From a virus, in IMG/VR virus record IMGVR_UViG_3300042868_004707, positions 32,001-96,000 of that record: 64,000 nucleotides of DNA. One strand, given 5' to 3'. This document shows, in pieces, positions 48,530-56,732 of the stretch. The position numbers and the translations under genes are program-made. The notes under the pieces are model-generated. The model was not told the origin of the DNA. It was given only the letters and a program-made list of their open reading frames with translations, and did no database searches. Within the stretch, counting starts at the first letter, position 1. Each line of letters opens with the position of its first letter.

Positions 48530-50669
48530 ATTTAAAACTGAAGAAGAGTTTAAGAGAGATGGTCTTTGGAATAAAAACAGTCCTAAGAAATGGGTGTCAG
48601 TAATGAATAAATATCTTGGACAAGATATTCCTGATAGTCTTAATAAATATTGTGATAGACAGGAAAAATTTAGATATGACAAACGGCACATTGAACCTCA
48701 TGATTATGTCTTAAAAGAAATCCAATCTGAATACACTGTAGGTAAGTGGTATGGTTGTAAAAACTGGAATTCTCCAGTTGATTTTATTAAATTAGAAAGT
48801 GTTTATGATAGCCAGGCTTATTTTACAGAATGTCTTAATTCTGGAAACTACAAAAAAGAAGGAAAAAATTGGTGGTCATTTACAACAGCTGATCCATTAT
48901 TTGAAGCTGACATGTCTATTGTTAGTCATCTTCTTCCTGATGGACATCCTGATAAAATAGTTGCTGAAGAATCTTCTTTTGTTCTTCCTTCTAAATGGTG
49001 TATTAAACTTACTGAAGAAAATGTTGTAACATTAGGTAATTGGAGAAGTTCGGGACCTTTAAAATATAAACGCTATGTAGAAGAAGGTTGGTATTTACAC
49101 ACACCTAAACATGGTGCTAAAGGTTATAATGAATACATGAGAGACCCAGATTATACAGAAATTACTTTTGAACAATTCAAACAACATGTATTAAAAGAAT
49201 CTCCTGTTGTAGAAACAATTGTAGAAACTCTTAATCAAGAAGAAGATTATACAGGTAGAACTATTAAAGCTTTAGTTAAAAATCCTCAAAATACTGGTGT
49301 ACAATTAGGAGAAGAAATTAAAATTCTAATTAAAGAAAATAAAGATACTTATATATTAGATATAACTGCTAGAGGTGCAAGTAATATGCGTATTAATAGA
49401 CCATTAGATCTTTCTGATTGGGAATTACTTCCTGAATCTTCTAAAGAAATAGACATGAAAGACATTCAAGAAGAAGTTAAAAAAAGATTTCCTATTGGTT
49501 GTAAGTTTATTCCTGTATATGGTGATAACACTTACACATTAATAGAAGATGATTGCACTTATAAAATTCATGGTGAATATATTTGGGCACATGATAGTCA
49601 TGGACATCTTTATGGAGATGGTAAATGGGCAACATTAGTTTCTCTTCCTGAATCTAAAGAAGAATCTATTCCAGAATATGTAGAATGTATTAAATCTACT
49701 ACAAACTGTTTTACTGTTGGTAAGATTTATAATTGGCCTTATCCTATAAATGATCAAGGAGATAGAAGAGCTATTCCTATTCAAGGAACACTTTTTAGTT
49801 TCAAACCTTCTACAAAAGAAGCTTATGATGCTCAAAAAACATCTAAGCAATTAGCAAAGAAAGACCTTGTTAAAGGAGAGATTTATATCTATGATGGTAC
49901 ACAAATTTCTACTTATCCAGAAGGTCCTAGCATTAGTATTAATGAACAGCATTACATCCCTAATCCAAAATGGATGTGGTCTTTATCTATTACACATGCA
50001 ACAGAAGAGCAAAAAGCTTTGTTAAGACGTGAAATAGAAAGAAATAGTAAACCTGATGTAATGTGGTCTTCTGATCCTATTGTAGAACAAAGAATAAGCA
50101 CTCTTAATATGAAAAAACAAAAATTTAAAATAGGAGATAAAGTTAAAATTATCCAAAGAAAAACTAGTAATCGTACAGGAAATTGTCCAGGTTGGGACAT
50201 AGCTAATGGTAATGTTGGTGAAATTGGTGTGATAACTTATTATTCAGAACCAGTAAGACCTTATTATGTAAGCCAAATTGGTTCAGATGGATATATAGGT
50301 TCATTTGATGAAGAGGATTTAGAACTATATCAAAAAGAAGAAACCACTTTTTATTCTAATACTGAACTTGATTTTGGAAGATTAGATCTAGAAGATTGGT
50401 TAAGAGAAACTAAAAAATTAAATCTTTCTTTAAAAAAGCTAACTTTGCATATTGAATGTGGCAATACTTGTAATTATTCAAAAGTTTATAATAAACTTGA
50501 ATGTGAAGAAGATAGTCCACATAGTAGAGCCAAGTATTTGTATGAATTATGGAATTCAAAACTTAAAAAAGACTTTATTGAAAAAGAAGTTATAAAAGAA
50601 ACATTTATAGATAATGTGCAGTCTGTAGATGTAATATTACGCACAAAAAGAAAATCAATTAAATTTTAA
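48516..50669 (+). CDS. Mosaic multi-module early protein, 717 aa
   Basis: String of short modules (KYRFKTEEEF, LPSKWCI, EITFEQFK, IPEYVECIK, KFKIGDKVKI). Confidence 0.75.
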   Translation: MSKYRFKTEEEFKRDGLWNKNSPKKWVSVMNKYLGQDIPDSLNKYCDRQEKFRYDKRHIEPHDYVLKEIQSEYTVGKWYGCKNWNSPVDFIKLESVYDSQAYFTECLNSGNYKKEGKNWWSFTTADPLFEADMSIVSHLLPDGHPDKIVAEESSFVLPSKWCIKLTEENVVTLGNWRSSGPLKYKRYVEEGWYLHTPKHGAKGYNEYMRDPDYTEITFEQFKQHVLKESPVVETIVETLNQEEDYTGRTIKALVKNPQNTGVQLGEEIKILIKENKDTYILDITARGASNMRINRPLDLSDWELLPESSKEIDMKDIQEEVKKRFPIGCKFIPVYGDNTYTLIEDDCTYKIHGEYIWAHDSHGHLYGDGKWATLVSLPESKEESIPEYVECIKSTTNCFTVGKIYNWPYPINDQGDRRAIPIQGTLFSFKPSTKEAYDAQKTSKQLAKKDLVKGEIYIYDGTQISTYPEGPSISINEQHYIPNPKWMWSLSITHATEEQKALLRREIERNSKPDVMWSSDPIVEQRISTLNMKKQKFKIGDKVKIIQRKTSNRTGNCPGWDIANGNVGEIGVITYYSEPVRPYYVSQIGSDGYIGSFDEEDLELYQKEETTFYSNTELDFGRLDLEDWLRETKKLNLSLKKLTLHIECGNTCNYSKVYNKLECEEDSPHSRAKYLYELWNSKLKKDFIEKEVIKETFIDNVQSVDVILRTKRKSIKF

Positions 50670-50680
50670 TCCTTAAAAAC

Positions 50681-51025
50681 ATGAACAAAATGAAAAGTTT
50701 CGTAAAAGAAGTAGTAGCAATCCTTTCAGGAGATGGAGCTGAAGCAACAGGTCAAAAAATCTTAAGACAAGCAGACAGTGCTTTAAAAACACAAATTGCT
50801 TCATTAAACGGAGATACAATCTCTTTAGAAGACAGAGTTGAAGATGCACAAGAAGCATTAAGACTTGCAAGAGTGAACAATGGTAAGTTAATCACTGATA
50901 GAAATCAGTATGTTAGAAACTTACTTGATGCTAAAAATGCATTAGTTGATGCTCAAGATGCTCTTGAAGTACATTTAGAGAAGATTGCTTTCTTACAAGA
51001 ACAATATGATTCTTTAGATAAATAA
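50681..51025 (+). CDS. Coiled-coil hypothetical protein, 114 aa
   Basis: Strong codon bias, heptad pattern. Confidence 0.75.
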   Translation: MNKMKSFVKEVVAILSGDGAEATGQKILRQADSALKTQIASLNGDTISLEDRVEDAQEALRLARVNNGKLITDRNQYVRNLLDAKNALVDAQDALEVHLEKIAFLQEQYDSLDK

Positions 51026-51114
51026 TCAAACAAATTAAAAGCATGTGATAAGAATAGATTAATATAACTAGGTTAATTAACTTATTTGGGGAAAGCGTCA
51101 CATGCTTTTTTTAT

Positions 51115-51217
51115 TCCAGAGTGGCGAAATTGGTAGACGCAAGAAGTAAGCAATAAATGGGTTAGTTATACCTGCGAAGCTTCAATAACTGTACAGGTTC
51201 AAGTCCTGTCTTTGGAA
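51115..51217 (+). ncRNA. tRNA-Leu-like RNA with non-canonical anticodon domain
   Basis: Acceptor TCCAGAG/CTTTGGA, D arm GCG-AAATTGGTAGA-CGC, T arm ACAGG-TTCAAGT-CCTGT, A73; about 50-nt central insert with no standard anticodon arm. Confidence 0.75.
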
Positions 51218-51243
51218 CTAATCCTTAATAAACATTAAATAAC

Positions 51244-51633
51244 ATGAAAGAAACATTTATTAGTACAATGAAGTATGAAGATGATTTTAAAACATCTTGT
51301 AAAACTGGTTGGGGATGTGGATATGTTCACATTCCAAAAGATCATCCAATATTGGTTGAGCTTGAAGAAGGTTGGGGAAACTATTTACAACCTAAAGATT
51401 GTCCTGAAGAGATAACATACACTCGATGGGACAAAGAGAAAGAATATCTTGTAATAGGCTTTGATACAGCTCATATTTATAACAATGATTCACATGATGA
51501 AGCATATGTTACAGAACAAGCAAATGCAATTAAAGCATTAGTTGATGCATACACAGATGAAGATGCAGATGCTTATGCTAGAGAACAAGTACGATTAATA
51601 ACAGAGAAATATTCTAAATACATATTATTTTGA
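51244..51633 (+). CDS. Conserved phage hypothetical protein, 129 aa
   Basis: WGCGYV.IP..HP...EITY...IGFDTAH. Confidence 0.75.
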   Translation: MKETFISTMKYEDDFKTSCKTGWGCGYVHIPKDHPILVELEEGWGNYLQPKDCPEEITYTRWDKEKEYLVIGFDTAHIYNNDSHDEAYVTEQANAIKALVDAYTDEDADAYAREQVRLITEKYSKYILF

Positions 51634-51821
51634 GAACAGAAGAAATCCAACAGAGATTACAAGATGTCAACATGGAGATACATTCATTAGACAGTCTTAA
51701 AGATGCACACGATGATGTGAACATACATATCATTGAGAAGAGAATAGAAGAGTTACAAGAAGAGAAGTTTAACCTACAACAATTATTAGATAATTGTTTT
51801 GATGAAATGATAGGATTATGA
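51630..51821 (+). CDS. Small coiled-coil protein
   Basis: Overlapping TTG start, coupled. Confidence 0.6.
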   Translation: MRTEEIQQRLQDVNMEIHSLDSLKDAHDDVNIHIIEKRIEELQEEKFNLQQLLDNCFDEMIGL

Positions 51822-52141
51822 CAGCAGTAGAATTTTTAGAAGAACAAATAGAAAAATTTCATAATTGGAAATTAAATCAAGTATTTGATGAAAATTGTTT
51901 TGATGAAATAGAATTAAATAAAGCTATTCAACAAGCCAAAGAAATGGAAAAGGAACAAAAAGGTTATAGTGAGGAAGAAGTTGAAAAACTAATTAGAATA
52001 ACTTACCAAGAAACGATGAAAGCGATGGTTGATTGGTTTAAAAACAATAAAGACAAAACACCACAAGATGCTGAATCAGCAATAATTAATTATGTTTATC
52101 CAAGATTATCAAAAAAAGGTATTAAATTTAAAAACAAATAA
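51818..52141 (+). CDS. Hypothetical protein (TAVE/AKEMEKEQ/YSEEEV modular family)
   Basis: ATGA overlap; motifs shared with other ORFs in the window. Confidence 0.7.
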   Translation: MTAVEFLEEQIEKFHNWKLNQVFDENCFDEIELNKAIQQAKEMEKEQKGYSEEEVEKLIRITYQETMKAMVDWFKNNKDKTPQDAESAIINYVYPRLSKKGIKFKNK

Positions 52142-52144
52142 GTT

Positions 52145-52315
52145 ATGAAAAATTTTATGTATTTGTTAATAACATTAATATTAACAGGGTTCGGTATAGG
52201 AGTTGCCTATTTACAAGTAAATTATGGAGAAGCTTGGTTTTTAGCTTTTATTCCTTTAATGATTATGTATTTTGCTTGGGGAATTGTAATAGCAGATGAA
52301 TATTCTTCTAAATAA
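52145..52315 (+). CDS. 56-aa two-TM membrane protein
   Basis: Hand-translated MKNFMYLLITLILTGFGIGVAYL...; fills gap. Confidence 0.6.
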   Translation: MKNFMYLLITLILTGFGIGVAYLQVNYGEAWFLAFIPLMIMYFAWGIVIADEYSSK

Positions 52316-52334
52316 CAATATTTAAAAATAAGAT

Positions 52335-52673
52335 ATGAAACAAACAGCAGAAGAAACTAAACAAAAGGCAAGAGATTATGGCAATAGTTTAATCAAACAA
52401 GATAGAACTTGCACTCATAATTGTTCCGCTGTATGCGGAGAATGTCAAATATTAGAACCTAAACCATTGCTATCAGTAGATTGGTTATTGAGGTACATTG
52501 AGGGTTTAGCTAAGAAAGGTTATAATTTTATGCCAAGTTCTAATAAGGAAATAGTTGAACATGTTAAACAAATGGAAAAAGACAATATGATTAATTTTCT
52601 AAAATCAGTTTTTCAACAAGATGGTTTTGATTATGAAAAAGCTTATAATAATTTTTTAAAACAACAAATCTAA
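52335..52673 (+). CDS. Hypothetical protein, 112 aa
   Basis: MKQTA start, Cys cluster, KQMEK motif. Confidence 0.65.
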   Translation: MKQTAEETKQKARDYGNSLIKQDRTCTHNCSAVCGECQILEPKPLLSVDWLLRYIEGLAKKGYNFMPSSNKEIVEHVKQMEKDNMINFLKSVFQQDGFDYEKAYNNFLKQQI

Positions 52674-52677
52674 AAAA

Positions 52678-53004
52678 ATGAAAGTATTAACAGCACAATT
52701 AGTAGCATCGAATAAAAGAGAAAGAATCTCTGGTGGTGTTTACGTTGAATTTGAAACAACTGAAAATGTGAAAAAAGATGACTACTTTAAAGTAAAAGTA
52801 GAAGGCTTTAGTTATGATTTTAAAGCAAATGGAGTAAAAGTAGAAGGGGATAAATTGAAAGTAACAGCAAGAGAAGTTGGATATTGGGTACAAAAACTTG
52901 ACAGAAAGGGCGTTGATTTGAGATTGGTTATCGGAAGCGATGTAATTACTGTTACTGATGAATTAGAAAAGGCTAAAATATACGAAAGGTCTTGCTGGTG
53001 TTAA
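52678..53004 (+). CDS. Hypothetical protein, 108 aa, within a 15-bp direct repeat
   Basis: ATTATGAAAAAGCTT at 52630-52644 and 53016-53030. Confidence 0.7.
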   Translation: MKVLTAQLVASNKRERISGGVYVEFETTENVKKDDYFKVKVEGFSYDFKANGVKVEGDKLKVTAREVGYWVQKLDRKGVDLRLVIGSDVITVTDELEKAKIYERSCWC

Positions 53005-53058
53005 CAAATGTATTTATTATGAAAAAGCTTTTGAACAATTTAAAAACAAATAAATATT

Positions 53059-53274
53059 ATGAAAACAGGAAAACTAATTGACCACCTTAGTCAAGATGAA
53101 AAAGATTGGTTACAATCAAGAATTGATAACCCAGACGTTTATACAATGCCTACAATGGATGAAGTAATTAATTATTTATCAAATACAGAAGATGATGAAC
53201 CATCAGAAGAAGTAATGTATGATCTTATTATCCAGTATTTAGAAGATGAAGGTTTAATGTTTGATTTTTGTTAA
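53059..53274 (+). CDS. Acidic hypothetical protein
   Basis: Clean ORF with A-rich leader. Confidence 0.65.
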   Translation: MKTGKLIDHLSQDEKDWLQSRIDNPDVYTMPTMDEVINYLSNTEDDEPSEEVMYDLIIQYLEDEGLMFDFC

Positions 53275-53299
53275 ACTTTAAAAAAAAAAATAAGATATA

Positions 53300-53473
53300 A
53301 TGATATTATATGTAATGATAACATACCTAGTTATGCTAGGTATGTTAATTGAGTCTTTTAGAAAGACTCATAATGTACCAACAGAAGCTTGGATTATATG
53401 GGCATTAAGTCCAATATCATTTCCAGTGATAATTGGAATGGAAATAGCAGATAAACAACAAAAACCTAATTAA
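53300..53473 (+). CDS. 57-aa membrane protein
   Basis: Hand-translated MILYVMITYLVMLGMLI...; fills gap. Confidence 0.55.
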   Translation: MILYVMITYLVMLGMLIESFRKTHNVPTEAWIIWALSPISFPVIIGMEIADKQQKPN

Positions 53474-53474
53474 C

Positions 53475-53714
53475 ATGACAGACAAAGCATTATTGGAAAA
53501 ACTTGAAATGCTAGAAGAATTAGCAATCAACCAAGACAAAGCGTTAAAAACAGCAGATCAACTTCTTAATTTGAAAACAAAATTAGTTGAGCTATGTGAA
53601 GAAGAAGTGGAAATCTACAAGAAGGAAAACAAAAGATTAAGTAGAATATTGTTTATTTGTGGTGTTGTATTGTTTATTAATGCTGTATTTGCTTTAATAC
53701 GTTTACTTTCTTAA
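53475..53714 (+). CDS. Coiled-coil protein with C-terminal TM anchor
   Basis: Ends ILFICGVVLFINAVFALI. Confidence 0.65.
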   Translation: MTDKALLEKLEMLEELAINQDKALKTADQLLNLKTKLVELCEEEVEIYKKENKRLSRILFICGVVLFINAVFALIRLLS

Positions 53715-53718
53715 CACA

Positions 53719-53874
53719 ATGAGGCCTAGAGTGAATAAAGGTACATTAGTGTGTTCAACTAATCCTTTTAGACATATTAAATCCAGACGATTAATCGTAG
53801 AAGTCTTATACAATTTCAGAAAAGGAATTGTAAAAGAGCGTATAATAGATGTTCGAGAAAGACTTGAACAATAA
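53719..53874 (+). CDS. 51-aa basic protein
   Basis: Hand-translated MRPRVNKGTLVCSTNPFRHIKSRR...; fills gap. Confidence 0.5.
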   Translation: MRPRVNKGTLVCSTNPFRHIKSRRLIVEVLYNFRKGIVKERIIDVRERLEQ

Positions 53875-53899
53875 TTTTAATTCCTTAATAACAAACAAA

Positions 53900-54391
53900 A
53901 TGAGTGAAACAACAACAAGTATTTTTAGTTTTGACCATGGTCAAAAGAAACTTCACAAAGCAATCGGTGTAGAAGATTCTTATTTAGATGATTTACAAGA
54001 ACAAATTGGTGATGTGTTAAAAGATTATCTATTTGATGAAGATAGAAACATCAAAGATGATTTGTCACCAAGTGGACTAGTAGAAAAATGTCTTCATGAA
54101 TTTAGTTATAACCAATTGGTTATAATGGCATCATTCTTCTTACAGAACAAGTTAGATGATTTTGCACAAAAGATGCATCAAAAACTTGAAGGAGCAGTTA
54201 AAAAGATTGCATTAGATGCAGATGATGTTCCTGAACATATTAGAGAGTTTCTTATGAATCTTGCTAAAGATGGACAAGGAGACAAAAAAGCAACTGCTGT
54301 TAGAGGTGAAGATCTTCCACAGGAGATTAAAGATTTTCTTGATGATCTTGCTCGTAAATCAGAAGATGCAGAAGATGATGATGAAGACTAA
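53900..54391 (+). CDS. Acidic hypothetical protein (start MSETT)
   Basis: ATG after TCCTTAATAA motif; internal repeat DDVPEHIREFL / EDLPQEIKDFL. Confidence 0.7.
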   Translation: MSETTTSIFSFDHGQKKLHKAIGVEDSYLDDLQEQIGDVLKDYLFDEDRNIKDDLSPSGLVEKCLHEFSYNQLVIMASFFLQNKLDDFAQKMHQKLEGAVKKIALDADDVPEHIREFLMNLAKDGQGDKKATAVRGEDLPQEIKDFLDDLARKSEDAEDDDED

Positions 54392-54437
54392 TCCAACACG
54401 TAGAAATCTATCTGGTATATACATATTTGATGAATAA
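54381..54437 (+). pseudogene. Truncated 5' remnant of the gene at 55126 (MKTNPTRRNLSGIYIFDE*)
   Basis: Matches RRNLSGIFIFD of the downstream gene across the endonuclease. Confidence 0.7.
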
Positions 54438-54470
54438 TTTTTACTATCTTTACACCTAAAAGTAAAAGAT

Positions 54471-55121
54471 ATGAAAAGTGGTGTATATGTTATTAGAAAC
54501 TCATTCAATAGTAAGATTTATGTTGGAAGTTCTGTTTATATTAGAAATAGATGGTCTTCACATAAAGGAGAATTGATTAAGAAAACTCATCATAATACTC
54601 ATCTACAAAGATTTGTAAATAAAAATGGTTTTGAATGTTTGATATTCGAAGTGTTGGAGTTTTGTCCTATAGAAGATTTGTTAATAAGAGAACAATTTTA
54701 TATGGATAAACTAAATCCTTCTTTTAATTTAAGAAAAGTTGCAGAATCTAATTATGGATTAAAAAAATCAGAAGATTGTAAAAGAAAAATTGGTTTAGCT
54801 CATAAAGGAAGAAAGCAAACAGAAGAACATAGAAGAAAAGGAAGTATTTCTAAAACAGGAATAAAACAATCAAAAGAAACTATTGAGAAGAGAGTTAGTA
54901 AATTACGTAACATACCTAGAACACAAGAAGTAAAAGATAAAATTTCTTTAAGTAAATTTAAATCAGTATGTCAATATACTCTAGAAGGAGATTTAATAGA
55001 ATGTTTTGATTCAATTCAACATGCTAGAGAAAAATATCCTATAGGAGGAATGCACATTACTTCTTGTTGCTCAGGTAAAAGAAAATCTGCATGTGGATTC
55101 ACATGGAAATATAATATATGA
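54471..55121 (+). CDS. GIY-YIG homing endonuclease with NUMOD-type repeats
   Basis: GVY.I.N....KIYVGSS...R...H; basic S/TEE.KRKI-type repeats; VCQYTLEG...ITSCC...SACGFTWKY. Confidence 0.9.
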   Translation: MKSGVYVIRNSFNSKIYVGSSVYIRNRWSSHKGELIKKTHHNTHLQRFVNKNGFECLIFEVLEFCPIEDLLIREQFYMDKLNPSFNLRKVAESNYGLKKSEDCKRKIGLAHKGRKQTEEHRRKGSISKTGIKQSKETIEKRVSKLRNIPRTQEVKDKISLSKFKSVCQYTLEGDLIECFDSIQHAREKYPIGGMHITSCCSGKRKSACGFTWKYNI

Positions 55122-55125
55122 AATA

Positions 55126-55362
55126 ATGAGTAAAGAAATCAAAAGAAGGAATTTGTCAGGTATTTTTATTTTTGACATTTTACCAGGCGATGAGAAAAGA
55201 CAACCTACATGTTTTGAAGATTGTACAGAAGAAAAACAAGATGAATGGTTAGAAAGTTTATCTCCTGAAGCAGTTAAGAGTCTTTCTAAGCAATTAGCAA
55301 AGACATTAAGAACTATTGGTGATCAGTTTGACATCATTGCAGGATATGAAGAAGAAGAATAG
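55126..55362 (+). CDS. Hypothetical protein (start MSKEIKRRNLSG)
   Basis: ORF followed by terminator. Confidence 0.7.
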   Translation: MSKEIKRRNLSGIFIFDILPGDEKRQPTCFEDCTEEKQDEWLESLSPEAVKSLSKQLAKTLRTIGDQFDIIAGYEEEE

Positions 55363-55367
55363 TTAAT

Positions 55368-55393
55368 AAGAGAGCTGTAATGGCTCTCTTTTT
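55368..55393 (+). terminator. Rho-independent terminator
   Basis: AAGAGAGC-tgtaatg-GCTCTCTT then T run. Confidence 0.7.
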
Positions 55394-55404
55394 ATATCAA
55401 ATTT

Positions 55405-56730
55405 ATGAAGAAATATAGATTTAAAACAAAAGAAGAGTTTCAAGATGAAGATCGTTGGCAATCTGATTCATGGGCAGGTCCACTTCGTGGTTATCCAAGT
55501 GGTTGGGCTGATAGTGGTGAAATGAATAAATATCTAGGTCAAGAAGTTCCAGATCAATATCATAAATATATTGAACAACAAGTAAGTTTCAGAATGGACA
55601 GTTTGCATTTTGAACCAGATGATGCTATAGAAGAACCAGAAGTAAACATCGAAGAAACATTAGAACAAGTAAAACAATTAAACTCCTTAACAACAAAGAA
55701 AACAATGACAAAAACAGCAAAAACAACAGCAAAAAAGAATCCAGTAGCAGAGAAATTCGTATTCATGGACAAAACAGTTAATATTCTGAACGTAGGGTTT
55801 CAAACTCGTAAGAATGTTATTTTATATGGAGCTGGGGGCCACGGAAAATCAGAGATAACTCTTGACTTCTTAAAAGCAAAAGGTATTGAGCCTTTCATCC
55901 AAACTATGGGTACAGGTATGACTACAGACAGATTGTTTGGTGGTCTTGACATTCCTACATTCGAAACAACAGGTAAGATTGAATATCTTGTACACAATTC
56001 ATTCATGAACCATGAATATGTTATCTTCGAAGAGTTGTTTGATGCTCCTGATTTCATCTTAGAGCAATTAAAAGACATTCTATCTAGTGGTGTATTCAGA
56101 AATGGTACACAGATATTTCCTATTAACACTAAATTCATCATCTGTTGTACTAACAGAACTCGTGATGAATTCTCTAAGAACATGTCATTAAAAGCATTGA
56201 TGGAGCGTTTTCCTCTTGAGCTTAATGTTATATGGGACAACTACACAGAAATCAGCTACAACAAGTTGCTTGAAAGTAAGTTTGGTGAAGGAGAAGTGGA
56301 TCCAGTGATTCCTTATTTATTACAAGAGTATGCTAAGAATGGTATTACTATTAGTCCTCGTGTTGCTGTAACAGCTTATCAAGTGTATGATGAATGTGGA
56401 CCAGATTCTTTATCATTCATTGCAGAGTTTGCTAAAAAGCCTTCTTTAATTGCTGAAGCAATCAAGAAGTTTGAATCAACAATCAAGTTTAGAGACTTGT
56501 CTGCAGCTATTACATATAGCATCGAAACTCTAACTAGCCTACCATTGGTAAGTAGAGATGATGAAAAAATGCATAAAGATGCTATTGGTTCACTTAAGAA
56601 ACAATTAGCTGATATCAAAGGCCTAACTGTAGGTGATGATGTTGCACACGTACATGCACAGCTTGTTAAAGCAGCTACATCTGCTGTTGAGAAATTTGAG
56701 AAAAACTTAACTATTGCTTCATTTGTATAA
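55405..56730 (+). CDS. MoxR-like AAA+ ATPase (possible internal start at 55705)
   Basis: Walker A GAGGHGKS, Walker B-like VIFEEL, sensor CCTNR, ALMERF. Confidence 0.85.
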   Translation: MKKYRFKTKEEFQDEDRWQSDSWAGPLRGYPSGWADSGEMNKYLGQEVPDQYHKYIEQQVSFRMDSLHFEPDDAIEEPEVNIEETLEQVKQLNSLTTKKTMTKTAKTTAKKNPVAEKFVFMDKTVNILNVGFQTRKNVILYGAGGHGKSEITLDFLKAKGIEPFIQTMGTGMTTDRLFGGLDIPTFETTGKIEYLVHNSFMNHEYVIFEELFDAPDFILEQLKDILSSGVFRNGTQIFPINTKFIICCTNRTRDEFSKNMSLKALMERFPLELNVIWDNYTEISYNKLLESKFGEGEVDPVIPYLLQEYAKNGITISPRVAVTAYQVYDECGPDSLSFIAEFAKKPSLIAEAIKKFESTIKFRDLSAAITYSIETLTSLPLVSRDDEKMHKDAIGSLKKQLADIKGLTVGDDVAHVHAQLVKAATSAVEKFEKNLTIASFV

Positions 56731-56732
56731 TT

